A program made the position numbers and the translations under genes. The notes beneath the pieces were generated by a model that was not told the DNA's origin, ran no database searches, and worked only from the letters and a program-made list of their open reading frames with translations. From contig WJMJ01000059.1 of NCBI GenBank assembly GCA_014728035.1, positions 288,001 through 352,000 of the forward strand: DNA of 64,000 nucleotides, given 5' to 3'. Numbering within the stretch: the stretch's first letter is position 1; the number at the start of each line of letters is the position of its first letter. This document shows positions 59,038 to 64,000 of the stretch, in pieces. This DNA is from Promethearchaeota archaeon (lineage in GTDB: Archaea; Asgardarchaeota; Thorarchaeia; Thorarchaeales; Thorarchaeaceae).

Positions 59038-59907
59038 ATGTGTGAATGGTGCCTAAAGCATGGTGATGGTGGAAAATGGTATGAGAATGCCAGATTGTAT
59101 TCTGATGAATTAGCCAACGAATATAACCTACGTGAATATCTTGAAGAGCAATGGAAGAACATGGAAACTCTCTTCATTCGTAAAATTATGGGCTTTAGTT
59201 CAGTTGGTCTCGGCTATAAAATGCAGATGCCAATTATTGGAAAGATTATACGCAGAGCTGCTGAATCACAGATCCACAGTGAAGACCATGGACGCAATCC
59301 AGCCAGAGCTGATGGCCATTTCGGGCAGGTCATACCATTAGAAGATGCCCAACATATCATTGGAAACCTCGCAGCAGAACCAATCATCAAGAACTATTGC
59401 GTATGTCGATGGATGCAACGCGGAGTAAAAGATGCTGTCTGTATAAACTTTGGACAATTGTCTGGTGTGATTGAGAAACTTCCACGGTACATTCCTGAAG
59501 ATGTAAAATATCGATTAGACCGTGAAGAGGCCATTGCAGCTCTTGAAGAACAGAATAAGCGAGGTTATGTTGCATCTGTCTGGTTCCAACCAGTCCCTTA
59601 CATCAATGCTGTTTGTTCCTGTGAAAGTCCAGAATGTGGTGGTCTCAGACTTCGAAACGATTTTGGTCTTAAGACTGTTTACAAGGCTGAATATATCATC
59701 AATGTCAATCAAGATAACTGCCAAGGTTGTCAACAATGTGTAAAAATGTGCCAGTTCAATGCATTACGTTATCTTCCATCCGTGAAACGAGTGATTGTGG
59801 ATTTGGACAAATGTTTTGGATGTGGTGTGTGTCGCCATGCCTGTAAACATGATGCTCTAGAGCTAGTTCCTAGGAGTGAAGTCCCCGGCCAGGCTGGAAG
59901 ATTCTAG
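59038..59907 (+). CDS. 4Fe-4S dicluster-domain protein
   Basis: CEWC, CVCR, CSC...CGG, CQGCQQCVKMC and CFGCGVCRHAC. Confidence 0.85.
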   Translation: MCEWCLKHGDGGKWYENARLYSDELANEYNLREYLEEQWKNMETLFIRKIMGFSSVGLGYKMQMPIIGKIIRRAAESQIHSEDHGRNPARADGHFGQVIPLEDAQHIIGNLAAEPIIKNYCVCRWMQRGVKDAVCINFGQLSGVIEKLPRYIPEDVKYRLDREEAIAALEEQNKRGYVASVWFQPVPYINAVCSCESPECGGLRLRNDFGLKTVYKAEYIINVNQDNCQGCQQCVKMCQFNALRYLPSVKRVIVDLDKCFGCGVCRHACKHDALELVPRSEVPGQAGRF

Positions 59908-59915
59908 GAGGTCAC

Positions 59916-60200
59916 ATGATGAAAAAGACAAAAATCAAAATCGACTACTCAAAATGTGGTCCTGAAGGAGCTACTGATCCTCGGGAATGCAGAAAATGTA
60001 TGCATGTGTGTGACCCTGCAGTGTTTCTAATGCATCCCACTCTGGATAAACATCCAGACCCATGGAATCCTGAATTGTGGAAGGTCACAGCGGTATGGCC
60101 CTCTATGTGTATGGGATGCAACAAATGTGTGGAAGTCTGCCCTGAGCAAGCTATAAGCTTAGACTTTGGTGAATCTCTTCAGATGATTCGTGCTCCTTAA
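59916..60200 (+). CDS. Ferredoxin-like 4Fe-4S protein
   Basis: CRKC..VC and CMGCNKCVEVCP; GGAGGT SD. Confidence 0.85.
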   Translation: MMKKTKIKIDYSKCGPEGATDPRECRKCMHVCDPAVFLMHPTLDKHPDPWNPELWKVTAVWPSMCMGCNKCVEVCPEQAISLDFGESLQMIRAP

Positions 60201-60236
60201 TGGTCAACATCATTAGACCATACTTTATAATTAAGG

Positions 60237-60830
60237 ATGCAAAAACATCAAATCATGTATAGTGGTGAACTTGTTACTCTTCGTGCATTCGAATTAGATG
60301 ATCTTGACGAGATAATGCAGCATTGGAATAATTACGAGTTGCGAAAATTCGTGGATAATGTGCTTCCTGTTTCAAGTGTAAGTGAGAAAGAATGGCTTGA
60401 ACGTGTAGCCAAACTAAATCCTTGGAGAGACCACGAACTACTCTTCGCTATCACAGAAACAAAGACTGGAAAATTAATTGGTGGGGCTGGCTTACATGAT
60501 ATTAGTTTCGACAGCCGCCATACAGAATTTGGCATATCAATCTATAATCCCGATTATTGGTCAAAAGGTTACGGAACTGACGCTACGACCTTAACTCTCT
60601 GGATTGCTTTTCATATATTAGGTCTGAACTCGGTTACACTTCGAGTTTTTGAATACAACACACGTGCGATAAAGGCATATGAGAAATGTGGCTTTAAAAG
60701 AGTGGGTATATTGCGAAAAAGGAAGTTTATTGATGGTGATTTTCATGATGAGATTATCATGGATTTCTTGGCTGATGAATTCTTCGAAAGGTTTCCTCCT
60801 GGAACAAAACCTTGGGGTTGCAAGCGTTGA
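60237..60830 (+). CDS. GNAT acetyltransferase (RimJ/RimL family)
   Basis: YWSKGYGT and N.RAIKAYEKCGF..VG. Confidence 0.9.
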   Translation: MQKHQIMYSGELVTLRAFELDDLDEIMQHWNNYELRKFVDNVLPVSSVSEKEWLERVAKLNPWRDHELLFAITETKTGKLIGGAGLHDISFDSRHTEFGISIYNPDYWSKGYGTDATTLTLWIAFHILGLNSVTLRVFEYNTRAIKAYEKCGFKRVGILRKRKFIDGDFHDEIIMDFLADEFFERFPPGTKPWGCKR

Positions 60831-60844
60831 AGGACTTGATTCAA

Positions 60845-61033
60845 TTACCGTGAGAATCGTAGTAGTCTTGCTTTACCTGAATATTTCTCCAGTGGAACAT
60901 TTGTGATATCTTGTCCACTATTGCCAACTATCTTAAAACCCTCAATTTCTTGAAGTGTATTCGGCAATGAACTAATAACCGCTTGCCGAAACGTCATATC
61001 TGGTGTTCCTTTTATTACATATTCTTGGCTCAT
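60845..61033 (-). CDS. Small hypothetical protein (62 aa)
   Basis: ORF MSQEYVIKGTPDMTFRQAV... in the gap between convergent neighbours; no clear motif. Confidence 0.35.
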   Translation of the reverse strand: MSQEYVIKGTPDMTFRQAVISSLPNTLQEIEGFKIVGNSGQDITNVPLEKYSGKARLLRFSR

Positions 61034-61164
61034 ATATGTATCAATTAAGATTCGATGAATAATAGATCTATTTTGCATTGTTTATTGCCTGGCAGTAGGT
61101 GGCCTACACTTAACTATGGATAAGATTCCTTTTATACTTGGTCATATCTTTGTGGATAAGAAAA

Positions 61165-61184
61165 GGCATCGATTAATCGATGCC
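61165..61184 (-). terminator. Perfect palindrome downstream of mscL
   Basis: GGCATCGATTAATCGATGCC followed by TTTT on the minus strand. Confidence 0.6.
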
Positions 61185-61194
61185 ATAGAACTGT

Positions 61195-61578
61195 TTATTT
61201 CAGCCCGAATTTTGTAGCAATCTTTACGATTAGGAAGATAACAATTGCAATCACAATGAATGTAATCAGATCCGCCATAAACAAACCAATTCGAAATTGA
61301 CCAACAGTCAGAGCTTCCCATTGAATGGCTTCTCCTCCTCCCAGAGCAATTAGAGCAATCTCGACCAGTGGCATTATTAAATTATCCACTAGTGATTTTA
61401 CAAGAGCTCCAAGGTATAGTCCCATTATGAAAGCGACGGCTAGTCCAAGTACTTGGTATTTTTTCAGAAAAGTAAGAAATTCATCTTTGATCCCCTCTGG
61501 TGGTGGCGGTGGTGGGGGTGGCATAAGTAATTTCTTAATCTCACGCAATTCTTCAAGCATAGCATCTTCTGTTGACAT
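61195..61578 (-). CDS. mscL: Large-conductance mechanosensitive channel
   Basis: EF..FL, LAVAFIMG, SLVDNLIMP and G.F...LITF. Confidence 0.88.
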   Translation of the reverse strand: MSTEDAMLEELREIKKLLMPPPPPPPPEGIKDEFLTFLKKYQVLGLAVAFIMGLYLGALVKSLVDNLIMPLVEIALIALGGGEAIQWEALTVGQFRIGLFMADLITFIVIAIVIFLIVKIATKFGLK

Positions 61579-61762
61579 TGGAATACACTCCTATCTAGAA
61601 TAATATATGAAGCGAAGCTTCAATATAGCATTTATTAGCTATTTAAAACAAAATTAATCCCTACTCGTTCGATACTTTATCAACTATTTAGATATTAACT
61701 CTATTTCTCAATGTTATATTGAAGTTCTTTTTCAGTCGATGTCTTTTCTTCAGGAAAATAAT

Positions 61763-62221
61763 TTACATTCGAATCTGTTTAGCTTTGTGAGAATGGTTGC
61801 AACGAGGACATTTGAAGGTTAGTGGACCAATCCAAACCACTTCGCTGATATCCAGTTTTACACCACAGTTATCGCAGTAAGCTGGTATATCATACCCTGT
61901 GTAACTTCCACCTGATCCTGATGCCATGATATCTTCATTTTCAATTGAAGGTTCCATGATTTTTGTAATATGATGTGATGTTCCTTCCTTCATTGGCTGT
62001 TTGAATACTTTGGCAATCATGAATACAACGAATATCACTCCAAAACCTGCCATTAAATATGGCAGAAATACAAAAGTTGATGGAAAGATATCTGACCCCT
62101 CAATTGACCATCTTGATGTAAATTCGGCAAATTGATTCCCCATCCAGATAGCAGTTCCAATCCATATGAGTAAGAAAGCTAACGGACATATAATAGCAGG
62201 ATTTAGCTTTTTCCGAGTCAT
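61763..62221 (-). CDS. Membrane protein with C-terminal Zn ribbon
   Basis: Two TMs; CDNCG...CPRC. Confidence 0.7.
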   Translation of the reverse strand: MTRKKLNPAIICPLAFLLIWIGTAIWMGNQFAEFTSRWSIEGSDIFPSTFVFLPYLMAGFGVIFVVFMIAKVFKQPMKEGTSHHITKIMEPSIENEDIMASGSGGSYTGYDIPAYCDNCGVKLDISEVVWIGPLTFKCPRCNHSHKAKQIRM

Positions 62222-62275
62222 TGTAATCGATTTATATGGTCTTTTAATGATTGATATATTCTTCTGTCTATAAGA

Positions 62276-62662
62276 CTAGTCTTTTTTAACGAAATCTAAA
62301 GCTGCTGAATTTATGCAGTAGCGCAAACCTGTTGGTCTTGGTCCATCCTTGAATACATGTCCGAGGTGACCTCCACATTTAGCGCATTTCACCTCAGTTC
62401 GAACCATTCCATGGCTTCTGTCTTCAACCATCTCAATGTTTTCTTTTGATATCTTGTCCCAAAAACTAGGCCATCCACTTCTAGACTCGAATTTTGTATC
62501 AGATGCAAACAATTCAGTTCCACATCCAGCACAAACATAGGTTCCATCCTCTTTATGGTGAACATATTTCCCACTAAAAGGGGGTTCTGTCCCACATTGT
62601 CTAAGTATCCTGTATTGCTCTGGTGAGAGTTTAATCTTCCATTCCTGATCTGATTCATCCAT
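62276..62662 (-). CDS. msrB: Peptide-methionine (R)-S-oxide reductase
   Basis: GTE.PF, SGWPSF, RTEV.C..C..HLGHVF.DGP and RYCINS. Confidence 0.96.
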   Translation of the reverse strand: MDESDQEWKIKLSPEQYRILRQCGTEPPFSGKYVHHKEDGTYVCAGCGTELFASDTKFESRSGWPSFWDKISKENIEMVEDRSHGMVRTEVKCAKCGGHLGHVFKDGPRPTGLRYCINSAALDFVKKD

Positions 62663-62759
62663 CTCAATTAACCTATTTAACAATAGTTAAATACACAAAT
62701 AAACCCTTTGTATGTTGTAAATAACTAAAGAGCTTGCTTGTATATGCTGAAATTCTGGT

Positions 62760-63398
62760 GTGATGCTGATGAATCAAGAATATATTATGAGAGTTCCAAC
62801 CAAGGACATCGAGTATCCTTCAAAATGTCCCGTCTGTGGTGAAGATGCAGATACTTCATCATATGTTACTCTTAATCCATCATCTTCTGGTTTTGAAAGA
62901 CCTCGTGATATACGATATTATCCCGCTGAGAGATATACTGAGCAAAAAGTTGTAACAGGTATTCAGCAATCCGCCTATGTACAGCCACTTTCGAGACCTC
63001 AAAAGACATACCTTGGTATTCCTACCTGTGAATTTCATGAGAATTCATCAATTCATGAAAATAGGAAGATAGTTGTTTTGTTTTTCTTGCTAGTTTTATT
63101 ATTTGCAAGTTTCTTTACAATTTTCCAAATTACTAATTCATATTTTCTTGGTCAAAACTGGTTTCCTTCTCTTGTGGTTTTAATTGGAATATTATCGATT
63201 ATCAGTGTACTCTCTGTTCTCACATATTTTCCTCCTCCGATTCAAAGGGCTTTCAAAATACTAGATATCTCTGCAGATGGCAAGTACATATATTTGCAGC
63301 TAACTAATCAAGAATATTTTGAAGAATTTGGCATTCTCAATAGAATGCATATCGAGTACCTCTCTCCAAAACAAATGAAGGAAGAACTTGAAAAATAG
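62760..63398 (+). CDS. Membrane protein with N-terminal Zn finger
   Basis: CPVCG...P.C..H; two TMs; N.EY...F...N. Confidence 0.7.
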   Translation: MMLMNQEYIMRVPTKDIEYPSKCPVCGEDADTSSYVTLNPSSSGFERPRDIRYYPAERYTEQKVVTGIQQSAYVQPLSRPQKTYLGIPTCEFHENSSIHENRKIVVLFFLLVLLFASFFTIFQITNSYFLGQNWFPSLVVLIGILSIISVLSVLTYFPPPIQRAFKILDISADGKYIYLQLTNQEYFEEFGILNRMHIEYLSPKQMKEELEK

Positions 63399-63490
63399 TA
63401 TTGATATCAGTTACAAAAAACCAGATTCCATAAATAGGAAAACTTCCATATCCTGTTATCACCTTAGTTTCAAAATTGGTGAGATTACAG

Positions 63491-64000
63491 ATGAGGTCAA
63501 GAACACGCGAGATACTTAGAATAGTATTTGGTATACTGACGATATGTCTGATTTTGATTATATTTGTATTAAGTGACCCTCCTTGGGATACACATGGATC
63601 TGGAATAGCCTTCTATTCTGTCCTGGCATTTCTGTCTGTAATTGCTACTGCTACAGCTCTTGGTAGAGTACGAATGGATGCGTCTCCAACTCACAAAATA
63701 ATGCTGAGTGGGCTGGCATTTCTGTCACTCCTCAATATTGGTGCTGCATTATTCAATTTCTTTGATGTATTTTCTGTAGGACATATTCGTTCATTTGGAG
63801 TATTCTTTGCCCTGCTTGAGCTAACTCTATTTAGCATTTTCATGTTGGTTGCAGGATGGTTTAACACTCACCGAGCAAAAGAAAATTCAATCTGGCGTTC
63901 GAAAAAATTCATTCCTATTTTGATTGTTGTGCTAATTTCATTATATACCTCTAGCTATCTTCTTACAATGAATCTCACACTTGATTTCATTTTCATTCCG
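63491..64000 (+). CDS. Polytopic membrane protein, 3'-truncated by the window edge
   Basis: Open frame MRSRTREILRIVFGILTICLILIIF... running to the end of the window; GGTGAG SD; several TMs. Confidence 0.7.
   Translation, partial: MRSRTREILRIVFGILTICLILIIFVLSDPPWDTHGSGIAFYSVLAFLSVIATATALGRVRMDASPTHKIMLSGLAFLSLLNIGAALFNFFDVFSVGHIRSFGVFFALLELTLFSIFMLVAGWFNTHRAKENSIWRSKKFIPILIVVLISLYTSSYLLTMNLTLDFIFIP

Noticed and set aside
61497-61522. GGT repeat run
   Set aside because: It encodes the poly-Pro stretch at the MscL N-terminus and is not a separate repeat element. The same applies to the Gly run at 48-65.

Overview
AT-rich, gene-dense archaeal chromosomal window with about 70 CDSs. I saw no rRNA, tRNA, CRISPR array or recognisable mobile element. 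The content points to an Asgard archaeon, most likely Thorarchaeia (inference): archaeal-type uS19, three Ras/Rab-like small GTPases, longin-like and V4R-like proteins, a GTPBP1/2-type translational GTPase and a short histone-fold protein. Most genes are housekeeping or metabolic (ETF, phosphohexomutase, Nth, MsrB, MscL, peptidases, ABC/MFS/CPA transporters). The most striking signal lies below the ORF-track size cutoff. At 41925-42229 there is a cassette of three tandem 27-34 aa micro-ORFs. Two are paralogous (STKA...AY..RR), and their Arg-Arg-stop codons spell the Shine-Dalgarno of the next ORF. The cassette has its own TATA box and a perfect palindromic operator, and lies next to a SAM methyltransferase and CPBP intramembrane proteases. 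The same RR-stop/SD architecture recurs as a hairpin-forming uORF (18392-18502) in front of an ArsR-like regulator. Other highlights are a DPM2-like membrane protein, two small-GTPase modules sharing a Zn-ribbon domain (one with a longin-like protein and a polytopic membrane protein), a longin + V4R-like gene pair recalling TRAPP, an orphan rps19, and frequent bacterial-style hairpin terminators. All family assignments come from reading motifs by eye; no database searches were run.
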